Shown: piece after piece, positions 1 to 8,705 of the stretch | How the letters are laid out: each line of letters begins with the position of its first letter | Numbering within the stretch: the stretch's first letter is position 1 | Sequence record: PP942979.1 | Direction: 5' to 3' (one strand) | Length of the DNA stretch: 64,000 bases | Translations under genes and position numbers: made by a program | Notes under the pieces: generated by a model | The model's database searches: none | What the model saw: the letters and a program-made list of their open reading frames with translations, nothing else | Told to the model about the DNA's origin: nothing

Positions 1-408
1 GCCCTGACTATGGGCCAGCTGGTTATCATCGACACCAAGAGCGCCGAAGAGTATCTGCGTAACAGCAAGATCGCTCAGACCGAGATGCGTAATCTGAATA
101 AGATGAACGCGTCTATCGCTGCTGACCTGGGCGAAGAAACTGGCGAACTGGCTGCAATCGATCTGGGCGGCGGTAGCAAGAAGAAAGAGATCCTGTTCGA
201 AGACGGTGATCAGTATTCTTCTAACCAGTTCGTTAACGCATTCATCATGCGAGCGCAAGAAGACAGCGGCGAGTCCGACGACAATCTGGAACGTGAATTC
301 CTGTCTCGCGGTCTCGGCCTGCCTGTGTCTGAGCTGAACATTCTGCGCGAGCATATCACTCGTCCGGCAATCGTTGAGCTGATCGTTCAGGCGCTTGACG
401 ACGCGTAA
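1..408 (+). CDS. Hypothetical protein, probably 5'-truncated by the window edge
   Basis: Frame open from base 1, first ATG at 10; phage-like codon usage; followed by a terminator. Confidence 0.7.
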   Translation, partial: ALTMGQLVIIDTKSAEEYLRNSKIAQTEMRNLNKMNASIAADLGEETGELAAIDLGGGSKKKEILFEDGDQYSSNQFVNAFIMRAQEDSGESDDNLEREFLSRGLGLPVSELNILREHITRPAIVELIVQALDDA

Positions 409-427
409 TCCAAAGCTACAAACAAAA

Positions 428-463
428 AAAAATGGGAGGCCCCGAAAGGAGTCTCCCATTTTT
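428..463. terminator. Bidirectional intrinsic terminator
   Basis: A-tract, ATGGGAGGCCCC-GAAA-GGAGTCTCCCAT (one mismatch), T-tract; lies between convergent genes. Confidence 0.85.
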
Positions 464-464
464 A

Positions 465-635
465 TTACTGCTGCTGTTCTCTCATGCGATCAAGAAACGC
501 TTTACCTGCGCCTGGCACAAGCACTCGCGGCTCGAAAGGAATCTTATTGATTCTGCGCTGCATGTTACGGCGAAAGCGTTCACGTAGTGCCTGAACGGTG
601 TGTTGCTTAAACTGTGATCTGAATTTCAAAGCCAT
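465..635 (-). CDS. Small basic protein, 56 aa (MALKFRSQFKQH...REQQQ), not in the ORF track
   Basis: ATG 1 nt after the primase stop; AGGA upstream; double TAA stop directly before the terminator. Confidence 0.65.
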   Translation of the reverse strand: MALKFRSQFKQHTVQALRERFRRNMQRRINKIPFEPRVLVPGAGKAFLDRMREQQQ

Positions 636-636
636 T

Positions 637-1695
637 CTACTTTCCTTTCTTCTCTATTGCCTTTGGTCTATTCCACCCAAGTTCTTTCGCAGGCATGATG
701 CACTTCTTACCGTGAATATCACGCAGCGTCATACGAACTTCTTTGATCAACTTGAATGGTGCGTTGTCGGGGTCGAGCTTAATCAGCTTGCCGTCTTCAT
801 CAAACTCACGAGGTAGTTTAAAGTGCTTGACCGGTACTGGTGAGTTACGTTCAAATTCATCTTTGATCTTTGTGCGCAACAACTTCCCACCACCATCGTT
901 ATCTGTCATCGTATAGACAACACTCACGCCAAGCATTTCAATCGTTCTGCGTTTCGTTTCACCAAACTGCTCTGCACCGAGAACAGCCAGCGCTGGTATT
1001 CCGTATGACAGGAGAGCCAGAGCATCTCGCGGACCTTCGACAAGAACGATGTAGCGCAACTTGTACTTCTTCAAACACTCTTTGACCAGAGGCAGTGGGA
1101 ACAGGCCTTTGTCTTTTGCCCAATCGCCTTGCGAGTTCACATAGCTGGTGCCGTTCATTTGCTTACGCAGATAAGCTGCAATCCCACCTATGTATTTCGT
1201 TCCATGCTTACACGGAAAGAAACAAACGTTTGTGCCTGTATGCTGCGCATTAAGCAGACCACCAGCAGCACGAACAAGCGCACCCGGATATCCACGCCAC
1301 TCAACATCAAGCGGCCACTCCATGTATGACTTACGTCCGAGTGCTTTCATCAATAGACCGACAGACGGATAGGTACCAATCTTCGAGCCAATCTGATCAT
1401 ACGTTTTAAGCAAGGCACTGAGCGAGTTCGTTCCTGCGTCTTTTAACGCCCAGCCTTTGATCTCTTGCAGTCGAGCGTGAGCCGCTAATTTATTCCAGCC
1501 GCCTTTCTCGCCACAGCCGAAGCAGTGAAAGAATCCGAGTGGTATCTCCATGCCTACAGAAGTGTAAATACCACAACTAGGAGTCTTATCACTGTGGAAC
1601 GGACAGCACACCATAACAGTGTCGCCGTTATATTTCTTCTCGCCCGGCAGTTTACCTATTTCGTCAAGAATTATCTGATGAACGTCTTCTGCCAT
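637..1695 (-). CDS. dnaG: DNA primase (CHC2 zinc finger + TOPRIM)
   Basis: CPFHSDKTPSC...FHCFGCG zinc finger; VLVEGPRDAL and TDNDGGG TOPRIM motifs; GAGG RBS. Confidence 0.9.
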   Translation of the reverse strand: MAEDVHQIILDEIGKLPGEKKYNGDTVMVCCPFHSDKTPSCGIYTSVGMEIPLGFFHCFGCGEKGGWNKLAAHARLQEIKGWALKDAGTNSLSALLKTYDQIGSKIGTYPSVGLLMKALGRKSYMEWPLDVEWRGYPGALVRAAGGLLNAQHTGTNVCFFPCKHGTKYIGGIAAYLRKQMNGTSYVNSQGDWAKDKGLFPLPLVKECLKKYKLRYIVLVEGPRDALALLSYGIPALAVLGAEQFGETKRRTIEMLGVSVVYTMTDNDGGGKLLRTKIKDEFERNSPVPVKHFKLPREFDEDGKLIKLDPDNAPFKLIKEVRMTLRDIHGKKCIMPAKELGWNRPKAIEKKGK

Positions 1696-1734
1696 ACCAT
1701 CCTCTGTCTATTTCGTAATTTACGCATATAAGCA

Positions 1735-1743
1735 TATTTACAG
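1735..1743 (-). promoter_or_regulatory. CTGTAAATA single-box motif upstream of primase
   Basis: TATTTACAG on + strand, intergenic, 40 nt upstream of the primase ATG; recurrent motif. Confidence 0.55.
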
Positions 1744-1760
1744 ATATAGGGATAACTAGA

Positions 1761-2096
1761 ATGGGTAACCAGCATCGTTATGTAGCTTCGGTAGAACGTC
1801 GCTTTTATGGACCTCAATGGTTGGCGCTATGCGACCTGATTAAGGTAGAGCCTCAGACGTGTGGTGCGTTCGCAAAGAACGGCCATATGATGGGACTGAC
1901 TCTGCCTAAAGAGTTTGATGTTGAAGCTGCAACAAAGAGCCTGCGCCTTGTCTACGCAGTCAAGGAAGAAGACGTGGCCGTGCGCTGTTACCTGTTCGGT
2001 ACTCGCTACTACAAGTTCGTTTTCTTTGAACAAACAATTGCCGTAAGCGAGGATGATTATGAGAACGTTCGCAAACGTACCAGCGCGAGTCAATGA
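1761..2096 (+). CDS. Hypothetical protein
   Basis: 111-aa ORF divergent from primase. Confidence 0.75.
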   Translation: MGNQHRYVASVERRFYGPQWLALCDLIKVEPQTCGAFAKNGHMMGLTLPKEFDVEAATKSLRLVYAVKEEDVAVRCYLFGTRYYKFVFFEQTIAVSEDDYENVRKRTSASQ

Positions 2097-3144
2097 TACC
2101 CGCGCTCTGTCTCGCATAGGCAAGATGATCGATGCGGCACTCGACGTAAAAAATCAAGAGAAGCGCTGGCCAAAGAAACGCGTCAGCCCTTCAATGTTTC
2201 CTATCTGCGCGATTCAAGAAACTGCCAAACTGATTTACCAGAAGCACAACAAGTGCATGACAGGTGAGTCTGGTACGTTGCTGAACATCTTTGCGAAAGC
2301 AGGGACAGGGATGCACGAATCGTTACAGAACGCACTGGGTCATAGTGGTCAGATGGTTGGCCACTGGAAATGTACGAACGAAAAATGCCCTGAATACCCA
2401 AAGACCAAAGGTAAAATGGTTGACGGTAAATATAAGAAGGGCAAGTACACGCGAACTCGAAGCACGAACAATCGCTGTCCGACGTGTGATAAACCCATGG
2501 CTTATGCAGAACTAAAAGTCCTGTATAAGTCACTCAAGGGTTACGTCGATGGACTGATCGATAATCTTGATGGCACGTATAGCCTGATCGATTTGAAATC
2601 GACTATGGTGACCAAAGCTGCTGACGGATCTTTCTTCGTTAAGTATCACCGCTTCCAGATCGCAACATACGCATACCTGCTGAAAAAACGTTACGGTTAC
2701 AACATCGTGGACTATACCCTGGTTTACGTGCCACGCGACAACCCGAAGAAGTTTGTCGAAAAGACCTTTGTGTTTGACGAGGCAGAGTCGAAACGTGCCA
2801 AAGACTTTATGATGGAACAAATACGCGCATGGGATGCTGCGGTAAAATCGGCGCGCACTGGTGATCTGCTGCCAGCTATTAAACGAAAGCCGTGCAAGAG
2901 CGCTGAGTATTATTGGGACGAGTTCCACGGATATGACACATGCCCTTTTGTTGACTATTGCTTTATTCAATCACACATGATTGACTTCATGAAGAAGTTA
3001 GAGCAGCGAATCATGGCCAACCCCGACCTAACTTATATGGAAATTGTAAGCACTGGTCGGAAAACTCAACAACAAGGTCTGCTGCCGGACAAGCCGAAGA
3101 AGTCGCAACGTCCGAAGCATATCGTAAAAACATTTGAGCTATGA
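2059..3144 (+). CDS. Cas4/RecB-like PD-(D/E)XK exonuclease with Cys clusters
   Basis: SPSMFPIC...GTGMH, GYVDGL..IDLKS, FQIATYA, C-terminal PC...CPFVDYC; start uncertain (2053/2059/2125). Confidence 0.75.
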   Translation: MRTFANVPARVNDTRALSRIGKMIDAALDVKNQEKRWPKKRVSPSMFPICAIQETAKLIYQKHNKCMTGESGTLLNIFAKAGTGMHESLQNALGHSGQMVGHWKCTNEKCPEYPKTKGKMVDGKYKKGKYTRTRSTNNRCPTCDKPMAYAELKVLYKSLKGYVDGLIDNLDGTYSLIDLKSTMVTKAADGSFFVKYHRFQIATYAYLLKKRYGYNIVDYTLVYVPRDNPKKFVEKTFVFDEAESKRAKDFMMEQIRAWDAAVKSARTGDLLPAIKRKPCKSAEYYWDEFHGYDTCPFVDYCFIQSHMIDFMKKLEQRIMANPDLTYMEIVSTGRKTQQQGLLPDKPKKSQRPKHIVKTFEL

Positions 3145-3551
3145 GCATACAAAAAGATTATGAACGATCACTGCGCCGACTTAAGGAGTCTGTCTATCGC
3201 ACTGAACAGTTAGGTTATGTTGTGCCTCGCTGTGTTGATATTGTTCTCTCAAAGTTGAAGCCGCCTGAGACTGTATCGTCTAGGAAGTATCTGGTCATGC
3301 TGCTGTTGTTTAGCCAGACCTGTGACAACCTACGATCTGCTTTGACAATGAGAGAGCAACTGGTAGTCAAGATGGCCATACTCAGTCGCAAACACCCAAC
3401 GCCAGAGATTCAACGTCGCATCAGACGTCTTGAAGAACTGGTCAATAATCAGGATAGGAATATCGAAAGTCAGAGGCTGCTGCTTGATTACAGAGCAAAC
3501 GTCCTGCTGGATATCCTTGACGGGAAAGAACCCAACTCACGATACACTTGA
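3141..3551 (+). CDS. Hypothetical helical protein
   Basis: 136-aa ORF, ATGA overlap with the upstream stop. Confidence 0.75.
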   Translation: MSIQKDYERSLRRLKESVYRTEQLGYVVPRCVDIVLSKLKPPETVSSRKYLVMLLLFSQTCDNLRSALTMREQLVVKMAILSRKHPTPEIQRRIRRLEELVNNQDRNIESQRLLLDYRANVLLDILDGKEPNSRYT

Positions 3552-3558
3552 GGTACTC

Positions 3559-4035
3559 ATGGAAATTTATGTAAGCCTGAGTCAGGACTCTACAGACAAG
3601 AACCGCAACAAGGTATCGAGTCCGGAGTCCAACACCGGCCGCGTTGACGTGTCTGAATATGCGTCACTGGAAAAGAAACTGCGTCTGCGTGAAGAAGCTG
3701 TCGATAAAGAGAAACTCGCTCAGAAGGCTGGTGGCGGGGATTCTGTAAAGGGTAAGAAAGGCGCCAAGAAGAAAGGCGATGACAAACCCGAAGAAGACGA
3801 TACTGACATTGATACCGACACTGATACAGATGGAGGCGATGATGATACAGATGACTCTTCCGATGACAGTGGAGACGACTCCGATGGAGACGCTAAAGCT
3901 AAGAAAGGTGGAAAGAAATCTAACAAGTCTGGAGATGCGGACGACGAAGACGCAGAAGACCCTGACGCAGACGAACCCGAAAGTGATGACGGGGATGCAG
4001 ATGCTGAAAGCATTGATGACGAGGACCTCGAATAG
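3559..4035 (+). CDS. MEIYVSLS-family protein 1, D/K-rich low complexity, 158 aa
   Basis: GAGGT RBS then ATG at 3559; N-terminus shared with 8343 and 17572. Confidence 0.8.
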   Translation: MEIYVSLSQDSTDKNRNKVSSPESNTGRVDVSEYASLEKKLRLREEAVDKEKLAQKAGGGDSVKGKKGAKKKGDDKPEEDDTDIDTDTDTDGGDDDTDDSSDDSGDDSDGDAKAKKGGKKSNKSGDADDEDAEDPDADEPESDDGDADAESIDDEDLE

Positions 4036-4531
4036 CGATCCCGTCGATGTGCCGAAGACGCATGATGCGATGATCGAAGTTCTGATCGCTATTCGCTACA
4101 TGTGCACCAAGCGGATGATCTATCCTGTAGTTGCTGCTACCATAGAACAGCGTAACGACTTTCTGGTGATGAACAAGCTGACTTTCCAGATGAAGCCGAG
4201 CATGTTCTACAGCGCTATTCAGGATAGCAACTGCAAAGTGAATGTGTGTTGGCTTATGCGAGCCTTCACACGCACTGCACTGCATTTTGGTCTGATGCCA
4301 ATCATCGCGGACAGAAGCGGTGACTTCCAGCCTCTGGTGAGTCGCTTCTTCACTCAGGACGATCCTGATTTTGCGTATCGACGTTTCTATGACGTGCGTA
4401 AGATGCCGTCAGTAACAGACATTCGCAAGCCCCGCCTGTATACGCTTAACGGAGTTAACTATGGCGTACAAGTCACAAGCCAAGAAACCGAAGAAGTCAA
4501 AAGCTGCGAAAGAAGCAGATACTCGGAATAA
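4016..4531 (+). CDS. Hypothetical protein (start uncertain, 4016 or 4070)
   Basis: 3' part of track ORF 3779..4531; the upstream part is a shadow of the preceding gene. Confidence 0.65.
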   Translation: MTRTSNSDPVDVPKTHDAMIEVLIAIRYMCTKRMIYPVVAATIEQRNDFLVMNKLTFQMKPSMFYSAIQDSNCKVNVCWLMRAFTRTALHFGLMPIIADRSGDFQPLVSRFFTQDDPDFAYRRFYDVRKMPSVTDIRKPRLYTLNGVNYGVQVTSQETEEVKSCERSRYSE

Positions 4532-5117
4532 GGCACACAAGCAAGCGAAGCGCGGTAAGCTCGCTCAGGCAGTGAAGACTCTCAGTGCTGCATCTGCCAA
4601 ATCGCGCCGCATGACTAAAGGTGAGAAACGTGCAATTCAGTTGCAGCCGTTCAAACCTCAGATTGTGCCTCAGCCTCCGAAAACTCCTCTGATGGAAAAA
4701 GGTCTGTCGCTTACTGCGCTTATGCGCTCGACACCTCGCCTGATGAAAGAGAACGCGATGGAGTGTTACGTTAACACTGTGAAACGCGGTAAGACTAACA
4801 AAGGTCTGCCGATGATCATGGCTAACGTTCGACACAAAGATCCACTGCGCCCTAATAAAACAGTGCGCATTCACAAGCCGATGATTATCGGTCTGGATGA
4901 CCCGTACAAGCCTATCTCAAAACAAAAGCGTGTGCTGGTCAGTTGTCCTTGTGAGAACTTTGTTTTCATGTGGGAGTATGCGAACGCCGAACACGGCTGT
5001 GCGCGAATCATTTACGGTAATGGCGAACCGCCGGACTTCACTAACCCCGGTCATGCGCCCGGTCTGTGCAAACATCTGATGGCTTTGGCCGATCAAGTCA
5101 AACGCAATGGAGATTAG
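4461..5117 (+). CDS. SWIM zinc-finger protein with Lys-rich N-terminus
   Basis: VSCPCENF...GLCKHL (CxC...CxH); GGAG RBS. Confidence 0.7.
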   Translation: MAYKSQAKKPKKSKAAKEADTRNKAHKQAKRGKLAQAVKTLSAASAKSRRMTKGEKRAIQLQPFKPQIVPQPPKTPLMEKGLSLTALMRSTPRLMKENAMECYVNTVKRGKTNKGLPMIMANVRHKDPLRPNKTVRIHKPMIIGLDDPYKPISKQKRVLVSCPCENFVFMWEYANAEHGCARIIYGNGEPPDFTNPGHAPGLCKHLMALADQVKRNGD

Positions 5118-5119
5118 TT

Positions 5120-5653
5120 TTGAATATCTTCACATCTGATACGCACTACGGAGCCGAACGCACTCTTCAATTTAGTCGCCGCCCATTTGGCAGTGTTCTT
5201 GAGATGGATAAAACCATGCTCGACCGCTGCAATGAGATAGCTACTGAAAAAGATACACTGTACCACGTAGGTGACTTTGGTTCCTATGAGATGGTGCAGC
5301 ACATCTGTGCGCCTGTCATTTTGATTTGCGGTAACTACGAGATCAATGACATGCACAAACAGTTTGCTTCGGACTTCGATGCTTTCCGTGCGCACCTGAT
5401 GCGTTTGGGTTTTGTTGACGTTGTTCGAGATAGTCTGGAAGTGGATGGAATGTATCTCAACCACTACCCAACTAAGCGCCGCGTTGACCAGTTCAGCCTG
5501 TTCGGTCATATTCACGGATTACAGATGGTCAAACGCAATGCGTTAAACGTTGGCGTTGACTGTCATCATTACGCGCCTGTTGATGCAGAGCGCCTACAGT
5601 TCTTCCGTAATGCAATCGAAAATCATTACGACGAAGACGTGTTTGGTTCATAA
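5120..5653 (+). CDS. Calcineurin-like metallophosphoesterase
   Basis: SDTHYG, HVGDFG, GNYE, NHYP, GHIHG, NVGVD motifs; TTG start after GGAG. Confidence 0.85.
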   Translation: MNIFTSDTHYGAERTLQFSRRPFGSVLEMDKTMLDRCNEIATEKDTLYHVGDFGSYEMVQHICAPVILICGNYEINDMHKQFASDFDAFRAHLMRLGFVDVVRDSLEVDGMYLNHYPTKRRVDQFSLFGHIHGLQMVKRNALNVGVDCHHYAPVDAERLQFFRNAIENHYDEDVFGS

Positions 5654-5662
5654 GGAGATTGC

Positions 5663-5938
5663 ATGTTCTTTAAAAATCCTGCCATGGGCGTTGTGCCCAA
5701 TCAGCCGATCATTCACTCTATTACGGAGATGCACCGTCGTGTTGCAGAACTGAACGGTGAGCTGATTGCTGCTGGCTGTACTGTGGTCGAGAACTGCGGT
5801 GAGATGTTGATTGAAGTACCTGCCGGAGCATCCGCCACTGTTGACGGAATTATGCAGCGTCACATCGACATGTTCAAAGGCCCGATTATCAGCCGCCCTG
5901 CGCGTTTGCAAATCGGAGGTGAAGATGCAGAAGCGTAA
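5663..5938 (+). CDS. Hypothetical protein
   Basis: AAGGAG RBS, 91 aa. Confidence 0.75.
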   Translation: MFFKNPAMGVVPNQPIIHSITEMHRRVAELNGELIAAGCTVVENCGEMLIEVPAGASATVDGIMQRHIDMFKGPIISRPARLQIGGEDAEA

Positions 5939-6359
5939 GTTCGATCCGAACGAACCCTACTCAGTATCTCTGTCGTTTGGTCCGCATATCGTTCACGGCC
6001 ATGCGCAAGACAGCGCGTTTGGTCAGGTGATGCAGAACATGTTGCTGCGCGAGATCAACAAATCATGCGAAGCGATGTTCAAGACTCTGGCTGATGTTCC
6101 TGTCGCTGCTGCTCCTACGTTTGATTGTGCCGAAGTAGAGGCAAGCAACATTCTTGCGGCTGTTCAACGTTGGCACGAAATGATTGCCAATGAGCCACCA
6201 GTGAAAGAGTTCGAACCGTGCTTTGTACCCGACTGGATGCGTCCAGGTCTTCGTGCTAAAGGCATGACTGATGAACAGATTGATAAGATCGTTATCACTG
6301 GCATCGAGCCTTCGTTTGAAGATCGCCCCGGCATCGTTCTGAGAACGGTGGGAGCCTAA
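5925..6359 (+). CDS. Hypothetical protein
   Basis: GGAGGT RBS before ATG 5925 (MQKRKFDP). Confidence 0.75.
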   Translation: MQKRKFDPNEPYSVSLSFGPHIVHGHAQDSAFGQVMQNMLLREINKSCEAMFKTLADVPVAAAPTFDCAEVEASNILAAVQRWHEMIANEPPVKEFEPCFVPDWMRPGLRAKGMTDEQIDKIVITGIEPSFEDRPGIVLRTVGA

Positions 6360-6574
6360 TGGTCTGCGCCGGTTGTGGTCGTCGTAGCTCTCGCATTAGC
6401 TATCACGGCGCCTCTGCTCCTCAAGTTGAAATCGAAGAGGACGATACGTTAAGCGCTGCGCGTTTAACTCCAATGGGTTGGGTACGCACCTGCGTTAAAT
6501 GCGGGAAAGTATCTGAGCCTTCACCCTTTGCAGAAAACATCAATAAGCCATGTGACTGCACTTTAGACGAGTGA
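6359..6574 (+). CDS. Small Cys-rich putative zinc-binding protein
   Basis: CAGC...CVKC...CDC; TAATG coupling. Confidence 0.65.
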   Translation: MVCAGCGRRSSRISYHGASAPQVEIEEDDTLSAARLTPMGWVRTCVKCGKVSEPSPFAENINKPCDCTLDE

Positions 6575-6576
6575 TC

Positions 6577-7305
6577 ATGATGAACAATCTCGTTGGAACA
6601 GCGTGTGCCTTAGACTCCTGCCGCTTCTATGCAGAGAATATGGTGCACATACAATTCGGCAGTTCTCTTTGTCCTGTGTCGCCTCAACCGCCATACAATC
6701 AACCTGTCAATAATCGCAATCTGCATTCGTGGATTGAAAGTATTGAACTGGCGTTTGACAATGCAATCAGTCGTACCGATCTGCAATTCCCGTACGCAGG
6801 CATTCTCTATCGTTTCCGTTCTATCTACGGGAACTATGTGGCCCAATACCGCGATGACATTTCGGCTGGTCGTCAGTATCGTGCGAAAGTAGGAACTCCG
6901 TTGGATGCGGTGCCGGAGCGGATTGAGGGCGAACATGCGAAAGAGTTTGCTTCTCGCTTCTTCAACTACACGGCAGGCCAAGTGACCGCGTTCTTATACA
7001 TGGTCTGTCTCGATCAGTATGCTCGTGAACAAACAGACTGCTATCTACCTGACCCACCACGAGCATTCGATTTGCCTCAGAACATCTTCAACGAAAGCCC
7101 TACCGCTTTCACGAAGACACACGACGTTCTGGTTAATCATCTGATGGAAGCGATGTTGCAGACGCATAGCGATACGCTGGACATTCATGTGTCGTTGCGT
7201 GATTACGGTCTGTCTGTTATCTTCCCGCTGGTGGCTGAGTGTCGCAATGCGATTTACGCCACCTGGCCAATCCCTAATGCCAAAGGACAAAAAGCAAATG
7301 TCTGA
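6577..7305 (+). CDS. Hypothetical protein
   Basis: Long ORF in operon; start 6571/6577/6580. Confidence 0.75.
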   Translation: MMNNLVGTACALDSCRFYAENMVHIQFGSSLCPVSPQPPYNQPVNNRNLHSWIESIELAFDNAISRTDLQFPYAGILYRFRSIYGNYVAQYRDDISAGRQYRAKVGTPLDAVPERIEGEHAKEFASRFFNYTAGQVTAFLYMVCLDQYAREQTDCYLPDPPRAFDLPQNIFNESPTAFTKTHDVLVNHLMEAMLQTHSDTLDIHVSLRDYGLSVIFPLVAECRNAIYATWPIPNAKGQKANV

Positions 7306-7831
7306 TGTTATTCTGTTTGACAATCAGAAAGACTGGGAAGACTTCGGTAGCGCGGTCTACGAAGAATTTCGTCTGAACGTGATGACAGGCAGTAGCAGCG
7401 CCAGTCAGATTCCTACAGTCGCACCGTTCGAAGACGTGAAACACCAACTCAGTTATTCGAACATTCTGCCTGAGGGTGAGCAATCGCCTATCGTTGTGCT
7501 GGACATCCTGATCATGGAAGTTGAACTGGCCGAAGGTGAATCGCGCAACTATAATGCAGACAGTCTGGACGAAGCTGTGCGCAAAGTTGTATCACTGTAT
7601 CAGGCTCGCGCTCGTGATCTAGACTGCCACCTGACTGGTAACTTCATTACTGCCGATCATAAAGTTAATGGTGCGCTGTTGCGTATCTACCGTAATCAGG
7701 ACTTCGTGTGCAAAGGCCATCCTGAACTTCTGCACGGACGTCCTCTGGGCATGTTCCATTGTGACAAGTGCGGTGAGATGCAAATGGCCGGAGCATTCCA
7801 CTTGCCTAAAGAGGAAACTCAAAATGGTTAA
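7298..7831 (+). CDS. Hypothetical protein with C-terminal CxxH...CxxC
   Basis: MSDVILFD start overlaps upstream stop; VCKGHP...FHCDKCG. Confidence 0.75.
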   Translation: MSDVILFDNQKDWEDFGSAVYEEFRLNVMTGSSSASQIPTVAPFEDVKHQLSYSNILPEGEQSPIVVLDILIMEVELAEGESRNYNADSLDEAVRKVVSLYQARARDLDCHLTGNFITADHKVNGALLRIYRNQDFVCKGHPELLHGRPLGMFHCDKCGEMQMAGAFHLPKEETQNG

Positions 7832-8291
7832 AGGCGGACTGTGGCGCGTCTTCCCTGATTACGACTCAGAGGAGATGCTGCTCAAACTCGGTGCTGCTAT
7901 CGGTATCGACCGTGACAGTGATGACGTGCCTGATGAATTGCACGTTACTCTGGCTTACGATGAATCGAACCCTGACGTTGAAGCAGAGCAAAACGATGCG
8001 GGCCAGTTCTTTGGCACCGTTGCCTCTGCTGAATTGTTCGGCGAAGGTCAAGATAAGATTCTGGTGCTCGTACTCGAATCGCCTGACCTGCAACAGGAAC
8101 ACGCTCGTATTCATGCGTGTGGTGCTGCCAAGTTTGCGCACACTCCATACCGCCCGCATGTGACGTTACTCAAACATGCAAAAGACAGCCAAGCTGAATA
8201 TCTCAACCAGATCATTCAGCATCCGGGCCGTCCTCCAATCACTCTGCGCTTCATCGAAGAAGATCGCAAGGTGCTGGAGAAGCGTAGCTAA
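7824..8291 (+). CDS. 2H phosphoesterase, Acb1 (T4 gp57B)-like
   Basis: Two HxT motifs (LHVTLAY, YRPHVTL); LVLVLESPDLQQEH resembles Acb1 LVLVLDSEYLRCRH; similar size. Confidence 0.75.
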   Translation: MVKGGLWRVFPDYDSEEMLLKLGAAIGIDRDSDDVPDELHVTLAYDESNPDVEAEQNDAGQFFGTVASAELFGEGQDKILVLVLESPDLQQEHARIHACGAAKFAHTPYRPHVTLLKHAKDSQAEYLNQIIQHPGRPPITLRFIEEDRKVLEKRS

Positions 8292-8296
8292 AACCT

Positions 8297-8323
8297 AGCG
8301 GTGGCCTTGGGCTGCCGCTTTTG
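8297..8323 (+). terminator. Intrinsic terminator
   Basis: AGCGGTGGCC-TTG-GGCTGCCGCT then TTT. Confidence 0.65.
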
Positions 8324-8342
8324 TCATTCTGGAGAAATTTCT

Positions 8343-8660
8343 ATGGAAATCTATGTAAGCCTTTCCCATGAGATTCGCGTTGGTCGTCAAGACTCTGATC
8401 AAGCTGTTGCGCCTGAAACCACTGACGGCCAGAGACGTGCTGTTGAGCAACAAGAGAAAGAGCGTATTGTTGAAGAATACGGCATCGACACTCCCCAAGA
8501 GGAAATTGACGAAAAAGAGAAGGAACGCATTGAGCGCGAAGAGGAAAAGCGCGACGAAAACAAGACCAAAGCACCGGAAGATTTGGGTCAGCGTAAGCCG
8601 GAATCTGAACTCACTGGTTCTGAGATTCAAGACCAGCATGATAACCTGACAAAGATCTAG
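8343..8660 (+). CDS. MEIYVSLS-family protein 2, E/K-rich, 105 aa
   Basis: GGAG at 8331, ATG 8343. Confidence 0.8.
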   Translation: MEIYVSLSHEIRVGRQDSDQAVAPETTDGQRRAVEQQEKERIVEEYGIDTPQEEIDEKEKERIEREEEKRDENKTKAPEDLGQRKPESELTGSEIQDQHDNLTKI

Positions 8661-8664
8661 GAAT

Positions 8665-8673
8665 CTGTAAATA
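8665..8673 (+). promoter_or_regulatory. CTGTAAATA motif upstream of the sigma-like gene
   Basis: Intergenic, about 33 nt before ATG 8706. Confidence 0.55.
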
Positions 8674-8705
8674 AGAGTCAAAGCAACTAACAGGTGTATT
8701 TGACC

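Noticed and set aside
2059-3144. CRISPR-Cas locus suggested by the Cas4-like gene
   Set aside because: No repeat-spacer array or other cas genes seen in the window
3430-3558. Upstream extensions of ORF-track starts (3430, 3779, 5066, 7668, 8301, 17509, 20079)
   Set aside because: They overlap upstream genes or terminators; better RBS-supported starts lie downstream
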